DNA from: Octopus sinensis
Lineage: Eukaryota
NCBI RefSeq assembly: GCF_006345805.1
Contig: NC_042997.1
Location: 106,578,001 to 106,642,000, forward strand
Direction of reading: 5' to 3'
DNA length: 64,000 nucleotides
Position 1 is the first letter of the stretch; each line of letters begins with the position of its first letter. A model generated the notes under the pieces. It saw only the letters and a list, made by a program, of their open reading frames with translations. It was not told the DNA's origin and did not search any database. Both the position numbers and the translations under genes were made by a program. Positions 23,029-35,495 of this stretch are shown here, piece by piece.

Positions 23029-25119
23029 ACTAGTGGGCCTCCCGGGGTTTCTGCCCAGTCTATACGGTGCTCAAATGTATTCATAAGGCACATATTGGTA
23101 TGTATTGTAATGCCCATTTTCCTTACAATAGAAGTTGTTAAAAGATATTCCAGTATTGCATAACATAATTTTTAACATTTATTTACAGTATATCACCAAA
23201 TTTCATTTCACTAATTGGAAATATGATTACTCGTTATTCATGTAAGAGAAGGGTGTTCCAATAGTAGATCAATCTGAAAGTGTTTTGTGGATAAGATGAA
23301 TCTCTAGCGACTGGAAAATGCATCTTGGCATAAACTGTGAATTAGGTATTTAATGCAGCATTACAAATTGCAGTTTGTGTTGTGGAGATCTTTTGACCTC
23401 ACAGACTTGGTTTCTGTTTTAGTGGGATATTGTCGTCAGTTTATCTAGATGGATATTATTTTAGAGGCAATTAGCAGATAAGGCCATTGTCATAAAATAC
23501 ACTGCTATCAACTGTCCAATGAATTCGATGCATGGAAAGGCAGGAAGAAACATATGAAAAGAAGAATTTCTTCGCAGCCCCAGTTGGTACTTACCTATAA
23601 ATTAAAATGGTTGAAGTGCGCTTCTCTGTAACTGCAAAGGGCTCCTCCCTCCCCGTTTTCTGATAAAGGAGTGTTGTTATTATTGGTGGTGATAGTTGTG
23701 ATAGTTGTAGTAAAGTTGTCTCTGTAGTTGTGGTGCTGGTGTGTGTGTGTGCATGCATGTGCACATAACTGTAATATACTATAAAAGTATACATCTATGA
23801 ATTATATGTTTAAAAATATAGGAATGTATATATATGTAGGAATATACAGGGTGTGTAAGGTATTTGAGGACATACCTGCATTTTTTGCTAACTCTTTGTT
23901 TCAGAAAATAATAATGGCAGACCCTTAGCTTACTCAAGAAATGAAGAGGCATGCTGTTATCGTGGTTATAGAGGCTGAGCATATAGAAATATCCCAATTT
24001 TTAAAAGTTGCTAGATCTTTCGTCTACAATGTTTGTAAGGAGCTAGAGACTGAAGATGGAAATGTATCACCAGTATCAAAGCAGAAAAAGCATTCTAAAT
24101 GCTTTGAAATCATCAGAACACCTGAATTTATTCAGCAAGTTCAGCAGACCATTGATTACAATCCCCAGAAAGTCCATGAGGTCAATTGCAAAAGATCTCC
24201 ATGTGTCAGAAGGAACAGTCAGAAATGTTGTCCACGAAGACATCATATGATGAGGAAAGGTCAAGCAAAAGAAAATCACTACATCAGATCTAAAAGGCTC
24301 TTAAACAAACTGAAAAATCCAGCAGAAGAAGATTTGATTTGGTTTTTCTCAAACGAGAAAAATTTCAACCAAGATCAAAAAGTTAACAGAAGAAATGACA
24401 GATGGCTATGTGTAGACCCTTCCTGCAACTGTCATGGTTTTAGGGGTTATCAGCAATGAAGGACATGTGATGTCTCCTTATTTCTTTCCACAAGGCCTTA
24501 GAGTTAATTCTGCCACCTACATTGAGGTCCTGGAAATAATTGTTATCCCTGGATAGACAGTGTATGCAATGGAAGGCCATATGTGTTTCTGTAAGACTCT
24601 GCACTATCATACATGGCTCTAGTAACACAGGAATGGATGGTTGAAAATTTTCATCAAAATTTTACATAACCCCTAACATTAGCACAAGTCAGGAGAGCAG
24701 TTTCTGAAAATTCAAACGATTCAGCTTTGATGGGAGTGAAAAAAAATAAAAGATTTTCACAACAAATTCTGATATAGTTGGAATCTACACCATTAGAAGC
24801 ATATTTGTTGAAAATTTTATCTTAAAATATCCATTTTCCCTAAAGTCACGAAGAAGCAAATTCGGCAGGGCACTCTTGCATAGGTATGTCCATCTGTAAC
24901 AAAACATTATGGTGAAATAGACAGTACATGGATTGCTAGAAATAGGAGCTAATATTCCACCAACTCCCCCCCCCCATTCCTTTTTTGGAAAATAAGTGTG
25001 CAGTGATCTGCAGAATGGTCAAATTAATTGAAATGACATGAAAAACTTGAAATATCATCAATTTTATTAAGTGTTTTCAGTGGTCAATGTACAAACTTTG
25101 CTTTTATAAGGATATAGAT
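23029..25119 (+). mobile_element. Putative Helentron-associated (HINE/DINE-like) non-autonomous element
   Basis: tactagtgggcctcccggggtttctgccc start and acaaactttgcttttataaggatatagat end; no TSD. Confidence 0.45.
23847..24674 (+). mobile_element. Internally deleted DD37D (maT-like) mariner
   Basis: TA-cagggtgtgtaa left end; MKRHAVIV..EISQFLKVARSFV..WFFSNEKNFNQDQKVNRRNDRW; frameshifted. Confidence 0.85.
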
Positions 25120-25289
25120 AAGATGTGTGTGTGTGTGTGTGTGTAATTCTCAGTTTTGTCAACTGAGTAGAGCACAATTCACTGAAGGAGTCTAATGCGA
25201 CCAAAACATGTTCTTTTCTTTCTCTAGTTGTCTTTAAAGACATACCCCTACTTCAGTCTGTATTGTCTCTGTTGACCATAAAATGGAGT

Positions 25290-25560
25290 TACCTATCTCC
25301 ATTGCTGATTGTTTTGAACAAATTGACTCTAGTATTTAAGTCTGGTACTTATTTTATCAGACTCTTTGCTCACTAAGTTACAGGGACGTAAACAAACCAA
25401 CACTCATTGTCACGTAATTGTGGGAGGGAAGGCACAGACACATGCATACATATATACAACAAGCTTCTACGCAGTTTCCGTCAACCAAATTCATTCAGAA
25501 AGCATTGGTCGACCCGGAGCTATAGTAGAAGACACTAACTCAAGGTGCCGCACAGTTGCA
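25290..25560 (-). mobile_element. SINE family A, decayed
   Basis: gtttccgtcaaccaaattcattc..gctatagtagaagacac..caaggtgccgcacagt. Confidence 0.75.
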
Positions 25561-26054
25561 CTCCATGGTTTCAGAGTGAGCTCAGCACAGATAATCTCAA
25601 TTAACTGAAGGATTTGCCTTTTTCTTTTTTCTTTTTTTTTTCTTTTTATTTTGCACTATTTTAAATATGAGATCAGACTGTTGTATCCATGAAGTTGGCT
25701 TCACAAACGTATGATCCCATTGTGTAACACCTGTTATAACCTTTGAGACGACCAGTATTTTATGTGTAAAATTTAGTGAGCAGAAACTGTGCAGAAGCTA
25801 CACACATGCGCGCGCGCAGCGAGATGTTGCAAATAAATCGGTGTGTCGAACAAAAGTACCTTTTGGCCTCTATTCTGATCCAGTTCCTCTAGGTGAACTT
25901 AGCCATTCGATGAATAAAGATTGATGAGATAAACTAGTTTAAGTATGAAACCCAGTAATAATCTGAGGAAGAGATCACTATTAACTGGCCTTTCGGTTAT
26001 AGATTTGCCTGATCAGGACTTATCCGGAGCTAAACAATAAACTCAAAACAAATC

Positions 26055-26245
26055 GAAATTTTGGGGGAGTGGGGCAGTCGATTAGATTGACCCCAGTACA
26101 CAACTAGTACTTAACTTATCGACCCGAAAGGATGAAAGGCAAAGTCGACCTCGGCGGAATTTGAACTCAGAACGTAATGACAGACGAAATTCCGCTAAGC
26201 ACTTCACCCGGCGAGCTAATGTTTTTTGCCTGCTCACCGCCTTAA
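26055..26245 (-). mobile_element. SINE family B
   Basis: tatcgacccgaaaggatgaaaggcaaagtcgacctcggcggaatttgaactc. Confidence 0.88.
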
Positions 26246-27559
26246 ATCGTCGTAAATCCACGCAGAATTTAATATTTTCCAAATAAAGAAGAGTTATCTA
26301 CCTTGAATGAAAAATTATCTGTGATTATTGTTTAAGGAAAAAATTTACGAAGACTCTACATAGTCTCTCAACTTCCGAGAGTTCAAATTATATCCATCTG
26401 TCTTAAAAGAGAAAGATACTTTAGATAATGTGCTCATATATGCGAAGTTTTGGAAAAAGACGTCATACGATGTTGTCAGAGTCGAAATATCTTTGGCTTA
26501 AAGATTCATCTGCTTAGTCAGGAGTGATCTGTGCCCAAAGAATAATAACATTCTAGGATATATTCTTTAAAAAAATTGCTACAAAAGTATTTTTAATCCG
26601 TGTTTTCTTTTTCTATGTATTTTTTTTTAAATATATTAAATAATTCACGTATACTTCGGCGTGTAATACTTATAGTCATATTTCATAATTTTTCTGAGAA
26701 ATGTGCGATACAAAAGCAGGGCTTTGGAGGAAAGACACACCAGGTTTCATCTCTCTTGAAGTCAAACAAGCTAATATTATTTTATTTTATAAAACACGTC
26801 ATTCAACATATTTACGACACAATCGGCAGAGTTATTGTATCAAGGGAAATAACTCTATAAATGTTTTATTATCTGCCCTTCGTAAAATAGTTTTCATTAA
26901 ATAAAGTTTATGCTATCAATTGTTTTGCGAAAAAATTGTATATAAATTCGTTTTTACACAATAATATTTGAAGTGCATAATCCATTAAATCTATCACAGT
27001 TTATTTTTATCACGTATCTATCATAAATTATAACAGCTTTCAAATGAAGATTTTAACTGTCCAGAATGATATCTCCTTTACAAGTTTCATATCGTTTAAT
27101 ATCATCTCTTCAGCAAATCGCACATCGTTATGTTCCAGTGGGTTTATTCTATAGTTTCTATAGTGGCTAAAGCAATTTCATTTTTGTTAAATCGTTAATG
27201 CAACTGAGAAGAGTAAAAACTTCACAACTTCCCATTTCATGTAAGATAAAAGTCCTTGAAATGAAATTTCATAAAATGGATTTGCATGTTACGGCAAGGT
27301 TTTTAAGACCGCTGCGTCTCCATAAGGCAAAGGTTACCTGTAAGTAAGACCCCTCCTATATTAAAATCCAGTCAGCACCCGTAGAGTGAGACGTATTTCG
27401 AAAGGAAGGACTGACCATTGTTTAGTACAGAGTAAGGATGACAAGAGAAATACACATATCGAGTGAACCAGGGCGGAGGGTAGAGTACAAAGCTTTCTAG
27501 TTCAGAGTACATAGAAGTTATTGTACTTGCATAGAAACTGGAACAAGAAAAGTCTGAGA

Positions 27560-27750
27560 GCGGGTTGTTCTAACGTATTGATGAGTGAGCCTTTGTCATT
27601 GAGCCGAATAATCTTGGAAATCTAGTAAAAAGGAGTGCTGATAATTGTTTCTAATAGGACGGAGGGAGAAGGCACCTGAGGCCTCGATGTCCGAGCACAC
27701 CGCCGCGCCAGGAATAGCGAGCGGAAGCTGAACGGAGGGATGAAAACGTA
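27560..27750 (-). pseudogene. Possible L2/CR1 ORF2 C-terminal remnant
   Basis: RNNYQHSF-like segment resembling the LINE RT.. SFF terminal motif; weak. Confidence 0.3.
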
Positions 27751-28287
27751 GAAATAACAAAATATGCTAGAAATTAGAAATAAAATGAAACACTTGACTC
27801 GTGTAGATGACAGATTGTTAAATTAATTGATTCCAAGAAGAGACCACACAAATAAATATACCACTAACAACAAGCAAACAAAACTGTTTCAACTTAATTT
27901 TAAATGTGATATATGTCGTTTCTCTGTATCATAGCAAATTTCCACTTAAAAATTTCATAGCTGTACTTGCTGGCAAATGACTTTATTTGAGACTATGTTT
28001 TGAAACTGAAAAAAAACATTGTTAAATTTTCGTCACACCACTGCGACCTGTTACTATCACAATTCCAGAATTTTATGAGTGATCATATGAAAGCCGTGCG
28101 ACGAAAATTCTGACGCCTCAAGTAATTAATGAAAAGTGAGTTTAATAATATTTTGTGTGTGTATGTTCTTAGATGGCTATAACGACTCGTTCACGATTTA
28201 AATGCTGCTATGTTATAGCTTCATGTAATTTAATAAATCCTGTGCCACCCACCCAGAAAAATGTTATGCTTGATACAATATAATTGT

Positions 28288-28330
<43 letters not shown>

Positions 28331-28408
28331 ATACTGTTATACTAACTTGAAGAGTTATTGAAATGTTTGAAAAATTTTCTCAACTGACTCTTGACTACAA
28401 CATCCATA

Positions 28409-28560
28409 GCATTGATCATCCACGGGCAAAATGTGGCCCGCCGGACTTACTGAACGGTACACCTAACGAAAAATTACCATGAATTTCTTTAGTATGTGGC
28501 CCGTCTGATAATAATTCATGTCTCACGCAGCCTACTTCTCAAAAAAGGTTGTCCATGCCT
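28409..28560. mobile_element. hAT MITE remnant
   Basis: cgggcaaaatgtggcccgcc..tgtggcccg..aaaaaaggttgtccatgcct typical hAT subterminal motifs. Confidence 0.55.
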
Positions 28561-29096
28561 AACATAGATCATAATCAACCGTAAAATTAAAGTTTCCAAA
28601 ACATTGATCTGTGAAAATCTGATTCATTTATGGACTGTTATATATTTTTAGACCATGTGACATAAAAGGACATCACATGAATTTTAGTTGGTCTTAGCAA
28701 GATTTAAGTATCTAAATTATATAGCATTTTATGGGTAGATCATATAAAATGTAAATCAGGCTGGCAACTGTTTCTTAACTTACTATATGTTGAAAGTGAA
28801 AGTGTTGTTCAGAATGAGGTAATCAAATTTTTCCATTATAATTGTCTAATCTAATGAAATACAATTTGCTAAACTATGAATGAAATAAACCTAGTTAGAT
28901 ACGGGCATCCATATTTGTGTGTGATTCTTTGCAATTTATTTAAGAACTTCTAAATAGAATTTAAGACGGTCATGTTTCTACTCACTGATGTACAAATCAT
29001 TTCAACTCCAATAATGAATTTTTTAAATGCGTTTATCATATATAAATATATATACAGACAGAGAGACAGATAGATAGATAGAGAAATGCGTTTATC

Positions 29097-29136
<40 letters not shown>

Positions 29137-29149
29137 ACTTACATATAAG

Positions 29150-29600
29150 AGACCAAAGTGTATGTACGCCGCTATATGTTTTATATATAAAAAATACAAA
29201 ATGGGACAAGAATGCAAAACATCCAGACAGATGATACAAAAAAGGGTCAACAAAACATAGACGATACAAAGAAAACAAGTACGGGTCATTCTGAGTTTTC
29301 TTTCCTCAGTCGAGTTCCAGATTATCTTTGCAATTTCGGCTGGTTATACTCGAGATTGCTCCAATCTGGCTAGCCCCAAGGAAAAACTAAGCTAAGAGTA
29401 TTATATTCCTTGGAAGAAAGCAACGAATGTATACAAAAACAAGGACAGAAACAAACGGAGAATGTTACGCAAATACAAATAACAGGACATAACAACAAGT
29501 GTCTTTCGATTAAGGGTGAATTGAATTAAGTCGGCGTGTGTGGAAGTAAAGCCTTATGGCAGGGATACAAGATTTCACAAGCACAGGAAGGAATATAGAT
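29150..29600 (-). mobile_element. Dispersed repeat family P2 (probable Penelope-like terminal repeat), subfamily 2
   Basis: Homologous to 41550-41900, 42411-42522 and 63245-63391; flanked by (TA)/(TG)n. Confidence 0.7.
29303..29375 (-). ncRNA. Candidate non-circularly permuted hammerhead-like ribozyme (copy 2)
   Basis: Minus strand GGCTA G CCAGATT GGA GCAA TC TCGAGT ATAAC CAGCC GAAA TTGC AAAGAT AATCTGG A ACTCGA CTGAGGA; helices covary with the 41643-41715 copy. Confidence 0.5.
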
Positions 29601-29689
29601 GTTGCACGGACGGCGGCAAAAGAGAGATTCTGTCTGTTTGTTTCTTTGTCCAGCAAAATGAAACTAAACGGTTCAGAGGAAGCTATTAT

Positions 29690-29958
29690 GCTATTGCCTA
29701 ATTTATCTCAGCAAAAAGTTATGCAACGGTACAACACTAATTGTGCACAGACATATGAGGAACTGCATTGAGGCAAATATTCCCACTAGTTGTGGTAAAG
29801 GTGACACCGTCTTCGTTCCTCGCATACCAGTTATACCATCTAATGTCCCATTCCAATTTAATCCGTTACAATTTCCTATCCTATTTTCTTTTGCCATGAG
29901 CATTAATAAAACTCACAGCCAAACACTAAAAGTTGCTGGATTGCAACTTGAAGAATAA
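29690..29958 (+). pseudogene. Helitron PIF1-like helicase C-terminal fragment
   Basis: CIEANIPTSCGKGDTVFVPRIPVIPSNVPFQFNPLQFPILFSFAMSINKTHSQTLKVAGLQLE. Confidence 0.88.
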
Positions 29959-30315
29959 ACAGAAGTTTGTATATGAAATCCATCGTTTTTCTACTTCAAT
30001 TATTACATGTTTTTCTCTTATAAAATACACACATACAGGAGGAGTAAATCTAAATCTGTAGTCGTAGTCTCACCATTCCCGGCAAGTTTCTTGCTGGTGC
30101 CTCCAGAGTGGAAGCAATATTATCGATAATGGCTGAAATTGCGTTTGACTCTCTGACCGATAACTGATGAAGAGTTGGTGATCTTCTGTGTTTTCTGTGC
30201 GCCTGTGTGTGTTCATTTGTTTATTTACTACAGGTTTTTTAAAATTATATGTATATATAGGTATGTTATATTTTCCGTCTGTAGCCTTCTTTTTATTTAA
30301 TCCTGAATATATATA

Positions 30316-30346
<31 letters not shown>

Positions 30347-31107
30347 CGTCTAGTTTAAATATTCTATTTCTACAAACAAAAAAATGCCGACTTTTTTTAA
30401 CATCATGCACCTGCTTTAGCATCTACTTGACATTTTTACTCTCCTAATCAGCTCACAACATCTCCAAGGAAGAGTTACCACCCACATTAATAATCACTGG
30501 CTTAAAGTGTTCCAAATTGGGATTCCTCTACACTGGAATTGTGCATTTCTAACCACAGACCACATTGCAGTGACCTCCATCTTCGTTGCCACCACGGATG
30601 TCTCTCACCAACGTCGTCGATATCTACACAGCACCAACACACTGCACTAGTTCTTACATCTCTCGCTATTCGTGAGCTTCTCACCAGGGTTAACAGCTTA
30701 CATACAACCCTCGCAGATGCCTGTATATATATATATATATATAAATGTACATCAACCACTTCCATTCAGCTTGTGTATATATGCGTGTGACCAATAAACG
30801 TATTTAAAGTTACTACCTTGTGTTTTATACATTCTTTACCGAGTTTATACCACAGTAACATACCAGCCTTCTTAGCGGAGTCTCAGATGACACCATGTAT
30901 GTATATGCATGTATATATGTATATATTTCTGTCTGTCAGTCTGTATGTATGTATTGTCAACGGAATAACTTGAAGTTTCTCAAACGTAAAACAAAGTAGC
31001 TGATCATTTAGACGCTAGCTTCTGAGTGTTGTGGTAGTCACAGTTTTTTTAATAAGGATTGTGCGTGTGGATTCTTCTTGTTGATCGATTCATATCTGAG
31101 TCAAGTA

Positions 31108-32383
31108 TTGGGTTGGCAACTAAGTTTCCACCGTTTTTTTAAATTTTGGAATTTATTGCGTTTTTAAATTTCGGAATTTATTTTTTTCGAAAATTCCATT
31201 TTTGAATCATTTTGGAATCTTTTTTTTTTTCTAGTTAATTTTAGTTAATTTTTGTTTATTTTCAGATCATTAAAACGGAATGTCAAGTTAAGAAAAACGA
31301 ACAATTTCGACACCTCATTCTTTTTGCTTTTAGTCGCAAACGCTGCTCGCGACATTTGTGCTGTGTATGGAGAGGGTGCCATAGCTGATAGAACCGCTCG
31401 TGATTGGTATGCCAAGTTCAAAAATGGAAATTTTGACCTCAAAGACGCACCTCGTTTTGGCCGTCCAGTTGAGTTCGATGAAGAACGATGAAACCAACTT
31501 TTGCACGAAAATTCTCGTCAAACGATAAGGGAACTGACAGAGAAAATGGAGTGCTTCCACACTGCTATAGAGAAGCATCTTCACTCGATGGGAAAGTTTC
31601 AGAAGTATGGAGCATGGGTTCTGCATGCTTTAAGTGACAACAACAAAAATCAATGAGCCACAATCTCTGCTGGTTTGCTTACTCGTCACCGCTCAACTCA
31701 TGGACACAAGCGATGATTTCTTTACCGAATCGTTACTGGCGACGAAAAATGGTGCCTGTACATCAATATGAAGCAGCGTAAGGAATGGCTTGGCCCCGGT
31801 AAACAAGCGACACCGCGCGTGAAACAAGATCTTCACCTGCGTAAAACGATATTGTGTGTATGGTGGGACTCGGAGGGAATTATCCATTACGAATTGCATG
31901 AACGGAACCACATGGTCAAAGCGGAACTCTATGTTCCACAGATGGAACGACTCAACACGGCTATTCAAGAGAAAAGACCTAATTGTCAGCATGGAGTTCT
32001 TCTGCTGTACAACAACGCCCGCCCTCATATCCCCAATATGACCAAGGAAGCTATTCAAACGCATGGCTGGGAAGTGCTACCACACCCGCCGTACTCTCCT
32101 GATTTGGCACCAACGGATTTCCACCTCCTTCGATCTCTTTCAAATGCTATGCGCAGAGTTTCGTTCAATACTGATGCAGAATTGAGAGATTGGTTGGATC
32201 AATTTTTCTAGTCGAAATCGGGTGATTTCTACCAACGAGGTATTGAAAATCTTGTTGAACGTTGGGAAGAAGTTGTAAACAACAAGGGTGAATACATCAT
32301 TGATTAATTAGTTGTTATTTTTTATTAAACCTTTTAAAAAAATGTAAATTTAAAAAATGGCTGGAACTTAGTTGCCAACCCAA
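31108..32383 (+). mobile_element. Full-length (1276 bp) inactive mariner, TIR ttgggttggcaactaagtt (mellifera-like)
   Basis: Matching TIRs at both ends, TA TSD at 31106-31107 and 32384-32385. Confidence 0.95.
31275..32307 (+). pseudogene. mariner DD34D transposase pseudogene
   Basis: ATG mutated to ACG; GAWVLHAL, VTGDEKW, YNNARPH (from HDNARPH), HPPYSPDLAPTDF, ends GEYIID; several stops and frameshifts. Confidence 0.93.
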
Positions 32384-32521
32384 TATATAGAGTGATGATG
32401 TTGCTACTGGCTGTCGAGGAGAGATATTCCACTGAATTTTGTTCGTTATTTCCTAAGTATATGCTCGCATTTTTCTGGGGGTAATATTTGTCTTCTGGCT
32501 GTTCTCAATGTGATAGAATAA

Positions 32522-32884
32522 GTACGGGACTTGCTCTGAAAGTAATGCAAAATGGGCATAACTCTTTATTAACTGATATAAGTCATTGAAATTGCGCATG
32601 CTGGTTGAGTAACTCTTCTTTTATAGTAACTATTTTCCTTGTTCTTCATTGCAAGAAAATAATGGGTTCCAAGCAGAAGCAACATGCCATAGTTGAGTTA
32701 GACGGCCACAGATAGCTATAGGCTATTTACAGATATGACACCGTTTACAAAAGTAATCTTGTTGAACGTTGAGAAGCTGTAAACAAGGGTGAATACATCA
32801 TTGATTAATTAGTTGTTATTTTTTATTAAACCTTTTAAAAAATTTTTATTTAAAAAAACGGCGGGAACTTAGTTGCCAACCTAA
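32522..32884 (+). mobile_element. Composite mariner debris: 5' fragment of a different mariner fused to a second copy of the 3' end of the 31108 element
   Basis: ttgctctgaaagtaatgc TIR-like start and MGSKQKQHAIVE; 32755-32884 repeats 32250-32383. Confidence 0.65.
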
Positions 32885-33539
32885 TACTTAATCCAAACAT
32901 TTAAATTCTACGGTACATGTTACGCGCTCTTTTTTTTTTTTTTGTATATCTATCACTATGTTTTTATCAGAATGTATGCATCTCTGTACATACATACATA
33001 CATACATACATACATACATACATACATACATACATACATACATACATACATACATACATACGCGTGTGTATTTGTGTACACAAACACACACTTATAAATT
33101 TTAATATGACCTATAGGAATATCTGAGAGTAGAGCCAATATGTACAATAGGTACATTATTTTTAAACACGTCTGTTTCTTTTCTTATCTGATGTAATCTG
33201 TTTTTCTCAATTTCTTTCACGCGCTCGTAAATACGTATGTATATATTTATCTGCTGTAAGGTACGTGTATATGTTGTATGCTATGTAGTTGTGTTGATTT
33301 ATAAGTACGTATAAGTAAGTGTGTGCTCGTAAATTTACTGACAATAGACGCTCTTTTATCTAACGTCTGACTTGGCTACACCCATGTAGTGTGTAGACGC
33401 CTATGCACAGTAAATACTTCGAATTATATACAGGTCGAGTTTAATCATCTAATTCCATACTCCCCACCAACATTAACAATACCACATAATAATTATCTGC
33501 TGAACTAGGGTTGGCTGCTCAGCAGGCCTTATCACAAAC

Positions 33540-33900
33540 GAATGTAGCTGTAATGAGATCAACTCTAGACTACTTCTTCGAAGCCAAAGGTGAACAGTGT
33601 ATTGTCAGATGTATCATACATATACATACTATTTTCACAACCATCTGAGCGCGAAGCGCTCCTCACGAACCTGCATTCGTGAGGTGGTTGTGATCTGTAA
33701 ACAGTTTTGAGCAGGAACCGGAAAGAGCATATACACACTGGATTCGTAAAACAGAAGACAAGAATAAAAACGTAATGCGAATGCCAAACAAGTTATATGA
33801 TGGTCTGAACGCCATGGTTGACACCACTATCACGCAGCTTTGCTGTAATTTTCTTGTTAGATTCAACGAAATAAAAGCCGTGCGTGACGTAATAGTGACG
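33540..33900 (+). pseudogene. Possible hAT (ZNF862-like) transposase remnant
   Basis: STLDYFFEA..EPAFVRWL resembles the hAT xRWxS region; heavily decayed. Confidence 0.3.
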
Positions 33901-34904
33901 CGACGCAGCAGAAAAGAAAAAGCTGCTATAGTCGTCGGGTAGAAACGAGCATGTTCCATCAGATGCCGAACGAAAGGGCTGCATTTTTAATGGCATTTAA
34001 CTAAACTATTTGGAGAGAGGGCCAAACTGGTGATAGGAGCCTAACTTTATTGCAGCCCTCAATTTTCTACCTCGGTTCACAACAGCAGGCGCAGAATAAT
34101 GTGAAAATGGATCATGGGGGTTGAAGTATAACGTGGCTGGACGACCACATAAATAGCAAGTAGTCAAATGGTTTATTTTACAGATTCTATTCGTCGATGT
34201 CAGACTTGTTAGAATCCAACTTATCGATGTTTATCATAGTTCGCAGTTACCTGAAAGACATTCTCAGTCGCTATGGAATTCTTTAGAATGATAGGTTAGA
34301 TAACATCAGGTCAATAACTACAGTATTCAGTTTTAAAGATTTTTGCCAAACTAGACATTGTTCGTTCGGCACAAACCCATGCACGTTCTACAGAACTACT
34401 GCCTCTTCATGTGATAGAGAGAAGAGGGGCTACGAACTAGATGTGGCTCTCTTTAGGCCATGATTAGTTAACAGGCAGTCAAAATAATTCCACAACAGAG
34501 ACTATCATTACCTGGAAGTTGTGGTGTGGTCTGCTGGTTTCAAATCGATCTTGAGGTGTTAGGTTACTAATTTTACTCTGACGTTTAGCAAAACTACTCT
34601 CATTTACTGTTTTTGCACATAGCATTCGAACCTCTCAGCTAAGATTCAGCATTTTAAGACGTATCCCATTTTTGCTAGGTAGAAAGATGGTATTTTTGTC
34701 TGTGCAGACGACGTAGAATCTTCCGAAATCTATGTTTTATGCAAAAGTGACTGAATACAAATGGAGTAAAGGCAATCAAGGATAGATAAATGGACATGCA
34801 ATTTAACCTATGTGTAATTATTTATGGTGATTAAATATGCCTCTGTATTTATACATGCTAATTTATAACGCTCTTGTTCACTTCCGTTGTTTATAGCAGT
34901 GCTT

Positions 34905-35227
34905 GGAAGTAAAGAGTGTTCATCTCAAAAAGAAGATCTGGTTTCAACTGCGCAGGATCTCCCTGATTGTGTCGAAAAAGAGGAAAACCTTTTGAAAACG
35001 GTCAAAACAGGTGACGAATCGTGGGTGTACCATTACAACCCCGAAACCAAGGCTTAGTCTTCGTAGCGGAAGACTCCCATCCCCACTCCAACAAGATTTC
35101 AAAACGTCGAGGAAATCGAAGAGAATGCGACGTGTTACCTGCTATGCCAAAAGAGGAGTTCAAGGAATGCTCCCATCAACAGAAACGACGATGGAGGAAG
35201 TGTGTGACTTCAGAAGGGGATTGATTA
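34905..35227 (+). pseudogene. Internally deleted mariner transposase fragment
   Basis: LLKTVKTGDESWVYHYNPETK..RFQNVEEI..MPKEEFKECSHQQKRRWRKCVTSEGD. Confidence 0.8.
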
Positions 35228-35495
35228 AATGCCGAATAGTGTGTATGTGCGTGCGTGTCAACCGGTGTCGGTTTGTTTACATCTTCGTAACTTAGTGGTT
35301 CAGTAAAAGAGATCCGACAGAATAAGTACCAGACATTAAAAAGAATAAGTACTGGGGTCGATTTGTTCGACTAAAATCCATCAAGGCGGTGTCCCAGCAT
35401 GGATGCAATGACTGAAACAAGTAAAAGTTTTTTAATTATCTGCAATATCCTGTGCAGATCTTGACAAAGCCTACAACGGAAAATGTAATTATTTG

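Noticed and set aside
23500-23590. Minus-strand PTGAAKKFFFSYV resembling densovirus NS1 Walker A (SAGKNFFF)
   Set aside because: The invariant GK is not intact, downstream Walker B/motif C were not recognisable and the frame has many stops; insufficient for an endogenous virus call without an HMM search.
30070-30130. DRE (TATCGATA 30121-30128) plus a minus-strand donor at 30073 as a first exon
   Set aside because: Single 8-mer and a donor only; expected by chance in 64 kb of AT-rich DNA.
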